Under the pieces are notes generated by a model that worked only from the letters and a program-made list of their open reading frames with translations, had not been told where the DNA came from and did not search any database. Of a stretch of DNA of 64,000 nt, positions 39,351 to 50,050 are shown piece by piece. The stretch is from Antedon mediterranea (lineage: Eukaryota; Animalia; Echinodermata). The translations under genes were made by a program, and so were the position numbers. Position 1 is the stretch's first letter. Each line of letters begins with the position of its first letter. Location: NCBI RefSeq assembly GCF_964355755.1, contig NC_092675.1, forward strand, positions 11,341,812 through 11,405,811, written 5' to 3'.

Positions 39351-40474
39351 ATGAAATTAATTCGGCCGTACATGTACGAGCCCGATTGTAGTTCTGATGA
39401 TTCTTCATCATCAGAAGATGGCGACGGTGACCGTCACCTAGGCTAGGCCTACCTACAATTCAAGCAGAGAATATTCAACTTCAAACCCAGTTATTAAATT
39501 GGTTAGTAGTACTATCTCTTTTATTAAAAATTAATGTATAACTTTATTGTATAATTAACAATTCCCTAGTAGATAACTACGATATTCTTCCGTCATGCCA
39601 GTGTGTATTGTGGCTTAGTTAGGCCTAGATAGAGGCTAGGCCCTACTGTACTTTACTCCAATTCATGCGGCTAGGCCTAGCCCTCTCACCGGCGACGGTC
39701 GGCTATCGTCTATAAGCCTAGGGCCTAGATTGAATTTTTTTAACGAAATAAAGATTAAATTGAATCGTAGAAAGCAAAAATGTACATTACGGTATTAGAC
39801 TGACCATTTTATTTAACAAATTTGCACTTTGTTGTTTGAAATAGGCCTCCTAGGGTAGGCCTAGATAGATAGGCCCACCCCTAGGCTAGCCAAGATGCAG
39901 ATTTATTTTCCTATTTCACACACAATACATTAAATTAATCATTAATAATCACTAAAACTTTAAAAATATTTAATATAGCGCCCTATAAATTGTGACATCT
40001 CAGAATATTGTAGCGCTACAATATTATTATCACAAAATATTTTTGTTTTTATAATACAGGTGTGATTGTGGCCATTGCCAGATGCTACCCACGTATCGCG
40101 AATGTCGATGTTGCCAGGAAGTAGGCCCTATTATTTATTAATCATAGGCTGGAGGAAGGTCAGACAATTTACAATACGGAGAAGCCTACATATGCATCAC
40201 TGAACATCCTGGATTCACTGCTGCCTGTTTGAATTTGCATGTGTTGGAAATTGCATGGCTGCATTACCGCCAACAGTATGACACACCTGTTGAAGCCTCA
40301 AAACATAAACGTCTGAGACATATTGCGTACCGGCAACTCGCCAGATGGTGTTGGGGGTTTTTGGGCCGAAACCTAAGGGTATTCTTACCATCATGTGCCG
40401 TTTCCTGCATAAGAGCCCACTTCCCACCACCAGGTATGGAAGATGATCTCCAGTTTGCTGGATTTTTGGATTGA
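39351..40474 (+). pseudogene. KolX (P2X7 ballast/nanor-like Cys-rich domain); exons 39351-39501 and 40060-40474, disrupted
   Basis: MKLIRPYMYEP...W|CDCGHC...ECRCCQE...CITEHPGF...RHIAYRQLARWCWGFLGRNLRVFLPSCAVSCIRAHFP...FAGF; small insertions introduce stops. Confidence 0.85.
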
Positions 40475-40843
40475 GTAAACATTTAGCACCAACTTGTATT
40501 GAGATTACAATTAACCACATACAATTATTTACTGTACTTCATAAAGGAAAGTATTGTAAACTGTATCTGATAGAAATAAAATATACATTTCTCTGACACA
40601 ATTTATTAAAAAATTATGCACACAAGTGATTATTTTGTTTATAAAACTGTTGGCTCTGGATTGTGGAGCTGTATCCACATAAACAAATGGCTTTTAATCT
40701 TTTACTAAAAAAATGAAATAATGATTTATAATAAAAAGCATGATGGAATGTATCTCATTTCTTGGAGTATGTATTATACTTCTTATTTGAAGTTGATCAG
40801 TGGACCTTTTGGCTGCTGATTTATTTACTGCATAATTTTTGCC

Positions 40844-41010
40844 TTAGTTGTTCACATTTGGAAATCTTGTGAAGTGGTTGGCAATAGCGGCCTCTTTGTC
40901 GGGGCGTTCAAATCCTAAACAGAGTTGGGGTGGCGCATCAACAACATCAACATCTTCTGCTGTCCCTTCAACAATGCTCATTACCTCCAAGATGAGGTCA
41001 TCCACATACC
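40844..41010 (-). pseudogene. Last exon of a Kolobok transposase
   Basis: After a TTCGCAG acceptor: YVDDLILEV...PPQLCLGFERPDKEAAIANHFTRF...*, convergent with KolX; upstream catalytic exons are absent. Confidence 0.65.
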
Positions 41011-41481
41011 CTGCGAAATAATAATACGGTACTGTAAGAACAAAATCATTTGTAAAAGTGCAATAAGATTATATAATTTATAATTTGACTTTTCTAAAGC
41101 AAATTTCAAATGGTTCAATTTTTGTTCAAATCAATAGAGAATATATATAGTGCAATCTGTCAATGCAACTTACAAAGCAACTTACAAATTATTGCAGTCA
41201 GCTTGTGCACAAGCTTTATTTTTATGAGGGCAGAACAACTCCCCACCTGAACTATTATGCTGGGGCTTTCAACACAGTACTACTAGCCTAGGCCCTTTGT
41301 GTTGCTGATTTTAAAACCGAATTAATCACCTAGGCCTACTACTCTACTATACTAGAAAGAAGTACTAGTACTACCTACCGTTTATTTAGTTAATCGACAC
41401 AACAACTTCAGTTTTACTAATTTTTTTATTGCGTTTAAAAACACGATAATAATGCATTCGTATAACTGACTGTAACTAAAC

Positions 41482-41785
41482 CATTCCAAAGTTTGGGTCC
41501 GTAATTGAAAATGTAAACCTAGGCCTAGGACCATGTATTGTTGGTCTGGTCAATTTCCCCACGACGTTCTTCGCCGCCTTCGCGTTGGTCCGCCTCGCCT
41601 TCAGAATCGGTGAGATCGGGCTCTCATATAGGCCTACGGTTGAATTAATTGCATTCAATAACACTTTCTTGCGTATCCATAACGACGTCTCCTTCATCTT
41701 CATCAATTTCGAATTCATAATGGATAGTTTCCTCTTCAAAATCAGACTCCGAACTGTCGAGATCGTACACAATACGTGTTGACAT
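41482..41785 (-). pseudogene. Diverged inverted copy of the KolX leader and first exon
   Basis: MSTRIVYDLDSSESDFEEET versus MSTRIAYDFDSSSSEELEEET; MQLIQP..YM.EPD versus MKLIRPYMYEPD; ends TQTLEW|GT versus TQLLNW|GT. Confidence 0.75.
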
Positions 41786-44070
41786 CTTGCCGATACAGTA
41801 CAGTTTGTATACAATAAGAGAGATGCGTCGCGACCAGGGCAGTGCAGTGTGTTCATCTTATGACGTCACGATTTATCGCCTTGGATTTCCTGCTTCCAAA
41901 TTCGACTTCGGAGATATTTACTCCGATGTATGTAAATCATAAAAAATTCATAATTTACGCTTATAGAATTTATTTTATCAAAACGTACTAATAAAATCAA
42001 CCTATTCAGACCCAAATCAGCTAAAAAACGTTATACATCAAATACCATGTTCCATGATCTTTAAGTCAATTACAAGGCGGTAGACCGGGAACCAGTCAAC
42101 TGACAGAAGAGGGCTCTCAATGTCATTTCTATTGACGTACCTGCACACAATATTCATAACCACACACCCCCACTTTAATAATGGAATAACCCTAAAAAAA
42201 ACTCCGGAGCCAAAACGGCAGTTGATCCGTTTAGTTTATAGAAGATAGTTTCTAGTTAACAGTTTGTATAAAATAGTTCATCCTACAGTTCACACTTGAT
42301 TAATTTGTATACACGAGGCTACCATGCTCGTGATAGATCGTCATGTAGTGCGCCCTCTATTTATCATACAAAATGGCTGCGCCCATGGATTTGTTATTGT
42401 TTATATATTTTACACAAACCTAAGATTATAACTCCTTGATTCAATGAATAGACTAAGTTTAGTATTCAAATAGTGTGAGTAAATTCCAACATGCATTTAT
42501 TCTAGTAATATAATAGTAATATTCAGGCACTTATGATGCAATTGTGTAGGTAATTAATTAGGTATTTGTATACTCTAACAAAGTATACAGAGGCTGTTTA
42601 GGTAGACGTGCCGTTTGATGTAATAGTCGCAGTCCTCAGAGAGAATCCTTTTTATTAGAGTCGCCTGTTAAGTTGAGGTCGTTACTAAGAATTGGCTTGT
42701 ATTTTAGAATATTATTTACTTTTGTTTCTCATTGTATTAATTTTGTGGTTTCCAGGACCATACTGATCTCTATTGTTATGCTAAAAACAAATTAAAACCA
42801 AATACACCACCGGACCGTGGTAAAAGTGAGAAAAGGCGTGTTTTTCCTTTTGTGTTGTCGTCCACATCCTTACATATATTTTAAATTCTTTGTACTGAGG
42901 GTGTGTCCATAAAAAAAATAAGAATGTAAAAATACTGATGGATAAACCTATGTAAAATTTAAGCCAACTTATGTGTAAATATTGTATATACAGTACTGTA
43001 TATGTAACATATTTAGTTAATTAAGTGACGTAAACGACACGCGTGTTGATTTTCGATTCCCCGGGCGTTGACTTTTTTTCTCCTTTACAATACCATATTT
43101 TTCCCTCACATTGATTTCTGCTGCAAAGTGTGGGGATCCGGATCTGAATCCAATATAAATATCATAAAAAAAGGCAAAATAAAGCTTTTCGACTAATTTT
43201 ACATGCTCATCCACTTACCCCACGCGAAATACTATATACTCTTAACCTACATACCATAAAAAATCCGGTTCTGGTTAACTGCCACCTTTACCAGAACCCC
43301 CGAAAAGTCTAATTCTACAAATAAACCTTCAGGGACAGTTTTTTTATATAAAGCACCGTCTTTGCTGAATGCATTACACATCGAAATTCGAAACCCGTTT
43401 TTTAAAGTGCTGAGGGCCTCATGAATGTCAGCGAAAGCGTAGCTTACAAGGTGGAAATTTGTTGCGCATATATGCAGTAAACAATACATTAGGAGTGTTG
43501 CCAAAGTGCGAGTCAACGAGGCACGCAATGCAGGCATAATGCACGCAATCCACGCAATGCATGCAATCCACGACGGTAATTCAACGGAAAAAATACCAAC
43601 AAGTGCAAGCCTTCGAATAATAATAAGCCTTCGTTAATATTTTGTGTACAATTCCATGGAGTAAAGAATATTCTTTACTCCATGACAATTCATAAACATT
43701 TATGAATCACCTACCGTTAATGTAATTATGTTAACAGTTGTGAGAATATCCAGATGCAACTTCGATGTTTACAGTTAGTTTTAGATGGTGCCTGGTCACC
43801 GTCTAAGAAGCCTAGCTAGCTAGCCTAGACCCTATAGCACGGTAGCCCGCCCGCCGGAGTAGAGACGGCTATTCGCTGTATGCTAAGTACAGTCTAGGCC
43901 TGGCAGTAGCTTCTTTATCAACGCTGTCAACAATGGACGAATACAGTGGATTACGGATATTTTAAATCTAAGTCTTGTGAAATGTATTTTTTTAAACAAA
44001 ATATCATCTAGTATAGGAAGCCCTATATTATATTAAAATTACTAGGCCTGGGCTGTGTGGTGGGCCGGCG

Positions 44071-45009
44071 GCGATTTTTTTTTTCGTACATAAGTTGGGG
44101 ACCCCTCATGAAACGTCACAAAATAAACATGAATAATTCATCAGTTAAATTTGTTGTTCCGTGTGCACCCAAGCGTATAGCAACAAGAAGTGATACACAA
44201 CTGCGATACGATACTTTCTACAGTAGGCCTAGGAATAGGATTCTAAGTCAATTCACGCGATTGCCTTCGCGCACTCTTCTTCACACAAAATGTGTCGAGT
44301 CGAGGCTAATCGACAGCTAGGCAAGACATTAAACTAAGTAGTAATTCATTGGACATAGCCCAAAGAAAGCTTAGACCCACAAGAATAAAGAATGTGTATA
44401 ATTTGTGTACTGTATTTTTTTAATTCTGCTATTTTATATCAAACAATATGCATGTACTCAAAGGAACTTTAAAAATGCGCGTATATGAACACATGAGATG
44501 GGAAGATTTGACCCATGAGAATAAAAAATGTATTTTTGTGTAATGTTTATTGTTTAATTTTGCTGTCTTATTACTCGGATTGTGTCATAGGTTTGACCAA
44601 AGATAGTTACACTATCTTTGGTCATATCTAACACACACACGTCACACACAGCTACTACTAGAATAGACATGGGTTTAGAGACTAATAATTAGGCCTAATA
44701 GTATTAATAGAAACTATAATTTTAACACGTAATTCTTTAGTAATAAATTATATTAAAAACGCCATAAACTAAAGGCTGATTATTTCGACAATCCACACAA
44801 AACGCCGCTATTCTTCTATGAAATCGCACGCCGCAACAACAGCGGCCGAGATAGGCCTAGAATCGTACCGCACTTGTGTTAAATCACTTCTTGTTGCTAT
44901 ACGCTTGGGTGCACACGGAACAAGAAAATTTAACTGATGAATTATTCATGTTTATTTTGTGACGTTTCATGAGGGGTCCCCCAACTTATGTACGAAAAAA
45001 AAAAATCGC
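44071..45009. mobile_element. MULE/Mutator-like MITE copy 2 (uninterrupted, 939 bp)
   Basis: Same TIRs as 24526-30526; different 9-bp TSD GGGCCGGCG; opposite orientation. Confidence 0.9.
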
Positions 45010-46709
45010 GGGCCGGCGGGGGACATTTTGGAAAAAATAACTACAAACAAGCGAGACTGACCAACAAGAAGGGAGCAGCAGGCAGGCTTGACTTTATTTT
45101 AGTAGTACAGTAGTAGTAGGGTATGTTTAGAACAACATAACATAAAATAATGATTTTATTTTTTAATTAATCCTCTCTAATGTTTGGTATGAACATACTA
45201 ATTTATATTTAAATTATTTAATATGTTTTATGGTGCCTCGCACTTTTGGTACAATAGTGCAGTTACACTTCGTATTGACTCGCTTGAATTGCAATTAACA
45301 TGGTCACGTGGGCCGTTGACTCCAATGAATCCAATCATAGAGATATTATAGTGATCACTATAATATCTCTATGATCCAATGAATCCATGGCTTGCAGTTT
45401 GTCAATACCCATACATTAGGCACGCGACCGTTTCGTTGTTAACGACGGTTAATTAAACTGTGTTTATTTTGTAACATTGTTGGCGGTCCACGTTCTGTCG
45501 GTTATAGTCATGGTTGATCTCAAACTGATGCATATCCTTCTATTCCTTAATCCACATTTCATTGACTGCCATATTCTACAATTTACCGAGCATTTTGATT
45601 CAATGTTATCACTTGTTGATATTAATTGTGTTGTATTTATTTATATCCAGATAGTATATTTGATTACCATATTACACCCAAAAAATAAACTCTCCCCGGA
45701 TTAACCTCCCCTAAAAACCCTTCTATAAATGCCCAGAGGGCGTTTAGTCGGATAAATACGCAGTTACTTTTAGCATTCTGAAAAGAACTGTTGTGGCTCG
45801 ACGTTTCTATCAAAATGTTGGATCGTCCTCGGTGTCAACAATATTTTCTAGCAAAAGTACAATTACAAACAGTAAAGGATTTGTTTTAATTCCTATCATG
45901 AAACCATTTAAAGCAATAGTTATTGCATAACATTACTTCATAAGGATAAGTTGTATAGAGATATGTTTTTGTTTCAAACATGTTATAGTATTTCTGGTCA
46001 TGTTTTAACCACATTTTCTATTAGAACCAATGTAAATATGTATCTTTCGAACAATTTGAGAAATTTAAGTTTCTACGACCAGTACTTACAGAGATATGAA
46101 GATACCGTACCCTAGTATGTGGGTCAGAGGCCAGAAATTACATTGACTTTTTGAATAAACTTTCCCATTAGACTGAATACGAATGCATGTCTTCTGAACG
46201 TTTTGAGACCAAAATTGACTTGCTGCGACATGTGGTTGCCGAGAGTAGTACCTATTTGTGTTTGTTCATATAACTATTGACCCTGACCATTTGACCTTTT
46301 TAAAAATGTGTAATAAATAACAAAATTTACATTTCAAACAATTTAAGACCAAATTCAAGCGTCTACGACCAGTAGTTACGGAGATACATACATGCCCTGG
46401 GCTGTGGGTCAAAGGTCAGAAATGGCATTCCCGGTCATTGTTGACTAAAATGTGCCATTAGACTGAAGATAAATATGTATACCTTCAATACAATTTGAGA
46501 CCACCTCGTTGTGTGACTAGTGGTTTTTCGAGATTTGAGGACCTTTTGAACTTTCGCCACAAATGTGTAACCAAAAAACCCTAAACCAATTTCTAAAGTC
46601 AAATTATCTGGACCTCAAAGTGCATACGAAAGTTGATCTAGCTACTAGTATCATAGTTTAGAAACCTGTTTACCGCATTCATTCTGCTTTTCTTTTTCCT
46701 TGACGTTAG

Positions 46710-46870
46710 GTTATCTAACTGGATCTGAAGATTACTACTCACATGATAAATCAAGTGGCTATGACTTCAGACGTAACGCATCGGTTGAGTGGAACTATGA
46801 TGGAGTCTATTCTACTATACTATATGCCGAGGAAGCAGTCGATATCATATCAGAGCATGACCCAGGTGAG
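46710..46870 (+). CDS. ARSB: Arylsulfatase B-like exon 3
   Basis: TTAG acceptor, phase compatible with exon 2; GYLTGSEDYYSH...YSTILYAEEAVDII; GAG|GTAGG donor. Confidence 0.92.
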
Positions 46871-47166
46871 GTAGGTCACGCTTTTGGAGTGAAGATGTAC
46901 AGTTGATTGGTGGTGTAGCTTGGTAATCATCCTTATAAATGTCAGCATAAGTTCTTACGACTTTTTTTCAAGACATTGGTTGTGTAGAGCATCTTGTGTG
47001 AAATGGGTTTCAACCTCTCTGGAGAGGACTTTCATTATTGGCAATCCTTTGTTTCTAGTCAGTGCGGTAACATGTAAGCCTTATAAAGCTCAATATGAAT
47101 CACATTTAGAATAATGTTATTATGATAAAAATAAAAATATATAATCAATTGTTTTTTTTTCTGTAG

Positions 47167-47380
47167 CCAATGTTTCTATACATCCCGTTCCAGGCACCTC
47201 ATACACCATTAAGTGCCCCTTCAAATTATACTGACCCTTACACATCAACAATAAATGACAATGATCGTTTAGCATACGCCGGTATGGTGACGTGTATGGA
47301 CGAAGCTGTAGGAAATATTATTGAAGCACTTAAATCTAACTCTGATATGTACGACAATACTGTTATCATCTTTTCAAGTG
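47167..47380 (+). CDS. ARSB: Arylsulfatase B-like exon 4
   Basis: PMFLYIPFQAPHTPL...YAGMVTCMDEAVGN...NTVIIFSS; GTATGT donor. Confidence 0.93.
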
Positions 47381-47561
47381 GTATGTATTGAAAATGGCAA
47401 AGAAATAATGAAAGGCATCATGTCAAGTCGAGAGGATGATGGTGATGATGATAGCGTCCACAAATAATAATGAAATCCTTCATAATGTATTTTGTAATAT
47501 ATTATTTTGTACCCTAATTATTATAAGTCAATTTAAAATGTAAACGTTTAAACGTTTGTAG

Positions 47562-47814
47562 ATAATGGTGGTGATACAGGTGCAGGTGGATATAACTGGC
47601 CGCTTCGAGGCGAGAAGGGGTCATACTTTGAGGGCGGTATTCGTGCTATTGGATTCGTCCATAGTCCACTCCTCGATGATGACATCAAAGGAACAGTAAA
47701 CAATGAACTAATCCATGTAAGTGATTGGTTCCCGACAATCATTGAAGGCATTGCTGGCTGGAATACTAACGGAACAAAAACTCTTGACGGTGTGAATCAA
47801 TGGAATACGATTAA
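47562..47814 (+). CDS. ARSB: Arylsulfatase B-like exon 5
   Basis: DNGG...[17 protein letters not shown]...HVSDWFPT...[10 protein letters not shown]; AA|GTGAGT donor. The ORF track missed this exon. Confidence 0.93.
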
Positions 47815-47879
47815 GTGAGTCACTGTTTTGCTGAGGTTCACGAATACGGGGCGCCGTTTGGGACATTGCTAATATTTTG

Positions 47880-48262
47880 TTGACAAAATTTATTCTGTGT
47901 GGACAAAATTCATTTTGTCTCGACAAAATTAATTCTGTGTAAACAAAATTCATTCTGTGTAGACAAAATTTATTCTGTGTAGACAAAATTCATTCTGTAA
48001 CGACAAAATTCATTTTGTGGCGACAAAATTCATTCTGTAACGACAAAATTCATTTTGTGTAGACAAAATTAATTCTGTGTGGACAAAATTAATTCTGTGT
48101 TAATAGACAAAATTCATTCTGTAACGACAAAATTCATTTTGTGGCGACAAAATGTATTCTGTGTAGACAACATTTATTCTGTGTAGACAAAATTCATTCT
48201 GTGTAGACAAAATGAATTTTGTTGCAACAAAATTCATTTTGTCGCGACAAAATGAATTTTGT
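47880..48262. repeat. 21-bp subterminal minisatellite (GACAAAATTCATTCTGTGTA-type)
   Basis: Tandem copies; mirrored in inverted form at 58605-58872. Confidence 0.9.
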
Positions 48263-48731
48263 TAGCCGAGCCTACTCAAGCGTGGGACAAAACGTTTTTT
48301 AAAACATTTTGTCCCACGATTGAGTAGGCTCGGTTTTAACATTTAAATTAGAAGGCGGAGTTTAAACGTGAAAAGGGCAAGACAGGGTGAAGCTGACAGC
48401 GCGCGAATCTTTGACATTTGTTATTGGTTCAGTTATTATGGCTGAGCATGCCTCCGTCTCTATTGCTATCATATTAATCTATTTTATAATATCAGGGACC
48501 CCTGAAAATATCAGATATGATCAGTATTCATACTTTGACAATTTAATATCTACGTCGTCAGTAATAATTATTATTATAATGTATTCTATATTAAAAAATC
48601 GGAAAATGGTTTTCATTAGAGCCCTGCTTATTACTTAAGTAAAATTGTAGTAATGGGGCTATTTAATATTTTGTCGTTTAAAATATTATTTATTAATCTT
48701 ATAAAATGTATATACTTTATTTTAAAATTAA

Positions 48732-49160
48732 AGATGTATTGTCTCCCAAAATCATGAAAAATAAAGATTTTTAAAATCGGACTTTGAATAGGCCATTATG
48801 CAGTTTCTATATCCAACAATCATCTTTTTCATTTTTAATATACCTTACCATTTCTGTTTATTATTTTGTATTGTATTGCTATGGAGGAAAATAAATGTCT
48901 TTTGAAATGAAATGAATTGAAGAACGGGGAAAAAAATTATTTCACCTATAAAAAGACAAAATAAACAGTTAAATTACCCAAAAACTCATTGGCTTCCAGA
49001 CAATTTGACCATTTTTTGCTTTAAATTACAGTTTTTTGAGGTAAATAATTTTTTTTCAGACCCAATTTTTTGTGAAAGTGAATAACTATTATGTGACATT
49101 AAAATAACATATTCAACAAAAAGATTAAAAAAAACATTTTTTTCAGGGGACAATATATCT
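48732..49160. mobile_element. Kolobok-type MITE
   Basis: TTAA TSD; AGATGTATTGTC / GACAATATATCT TIRs. Confidence 0.75.
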
Positions 49161-50050
49161 TTAAGATAATAATAATCATTGCAGAAATAATGATGCTGAA
49201 AAACATTTACAGAACTGACTACAAAAAATTGCTCACGTTAGTTTTATTATAACAGTCATCCACCCTGCGAAACCTAATAACCTCTAACCTACAGTAGTAA
49301 GTAGGCCACCCAGGTAAAAATTCCAGTTGAAGACCAGTTGGGAAATTTCCCAGTTGGGAATTTTCCCTGTTGTGAATTGAGACAATTACCAGTTGTGAAT
49401 TTCCCAGTTGTGAATTTTCCAACTGGTCTGATAATCCCAGTTGTAAATTTTACCAGTTGTAAATTTCTCAACTGGTCTGATAATCCCAGTTGTGAATTTT
49501 CCAACTGGTCTGATCAATCCCAGTTGTAAATTTTCCCAGTTGTACATTTTTCCCAGTTGAGAATTTTTCCAACTGCTAAATTTCAGTTCAAAAACAAATT
49601 ACACAAACTACAGAACTTATTGTTTAACTGTTTATTTTATTAACTTTAATATTTACAATTACAGTAGTTACTTTCAATTCTGCAGTACTGTAGTTAATTA
49701 CCCCACAAAGGTCTTAACGACCTGCATAACCCCTACATCTACACAAATGTCAGCATATCCCTGCCGTTTCCTTTTTACAGGTCCATGAAAATGGAGATCT
49801 AGCATTTATTCAGTAATATATTTATGAAGTTATGGCCACCTTCTTTATTTAGTCATGTTGACAAAATTAGTCCTGAAAGAGAAAAACCAAAACAAATTGA
49901 TTAAATAAACAATATACTGGTAGTACAAGGAATAAATCAAATTCAAATCTCAAGTATCAATTTATATACTGTTTTACTGAAAAAGGAAGATGGAATCATA
50001 TATTAATCAATTTATTAATTAATGATTATCCAAATTATGTTCTCTACAAG

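Larger units (their letters stand above)
38970..42060. mobile_element. Kolobok DNA transposon (deletion derivative) in the right Merlin arm
   Basis: TTAA TSD (single TTAA in the left arm); 26-bp TIR AGATCATGGAACATGGTATTTGATGT; convergent KolX and transposase remnants. Confidence 0.9.
34977..42228. mobile_element. Merlin-like DNA transposon with ~920-bp TIRs, inserted in the 3' LTR
   Basis: GGATCAACTGCCG / CGGCAGTTGATCC ends; 8-bp TSD GTTTAGTT (single copy in the 5' LTR); arms 34977-35897 versus 38218-38969 plus 42061-42228. Confidence 0.8.
32219..42874 (+). mobile_element. Non-autonomous Gypsy-type LTR retrotransposon
   Basis: TG...CA LTRs 32219-33948 and 34517-42874 (~1.1 kb each once insertions are removed); TATA TSD; PBS; polypurine tract; only 568 bp of internal sequence. 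Confidence 0.92.

Noticed and set aside
40121-40147. Micro-intron removing the KolX stops
   Set aside because: At 27 nt it is too short; compensating small insertions explain the stops better.
24526-45009. A single 20-kb element bounded by the two inverted MULE copies
   Set aside because: Each copy has its own TIR pair and its own distinct 9-bp TSD.
47880-48262. Regular short repeats suggesting a CRISPR array (also 56930-57220 and 58605-58872)
   Set aside because: No unique spacers, eukaryotic intron context, and they are mirrored subterminal repeats of TIR elements.
49219-49529. Repetitive ORFs (GKFTTG / NSQL repeats)
   Set aside because: Translations of the CCAGTTG subterminal array.
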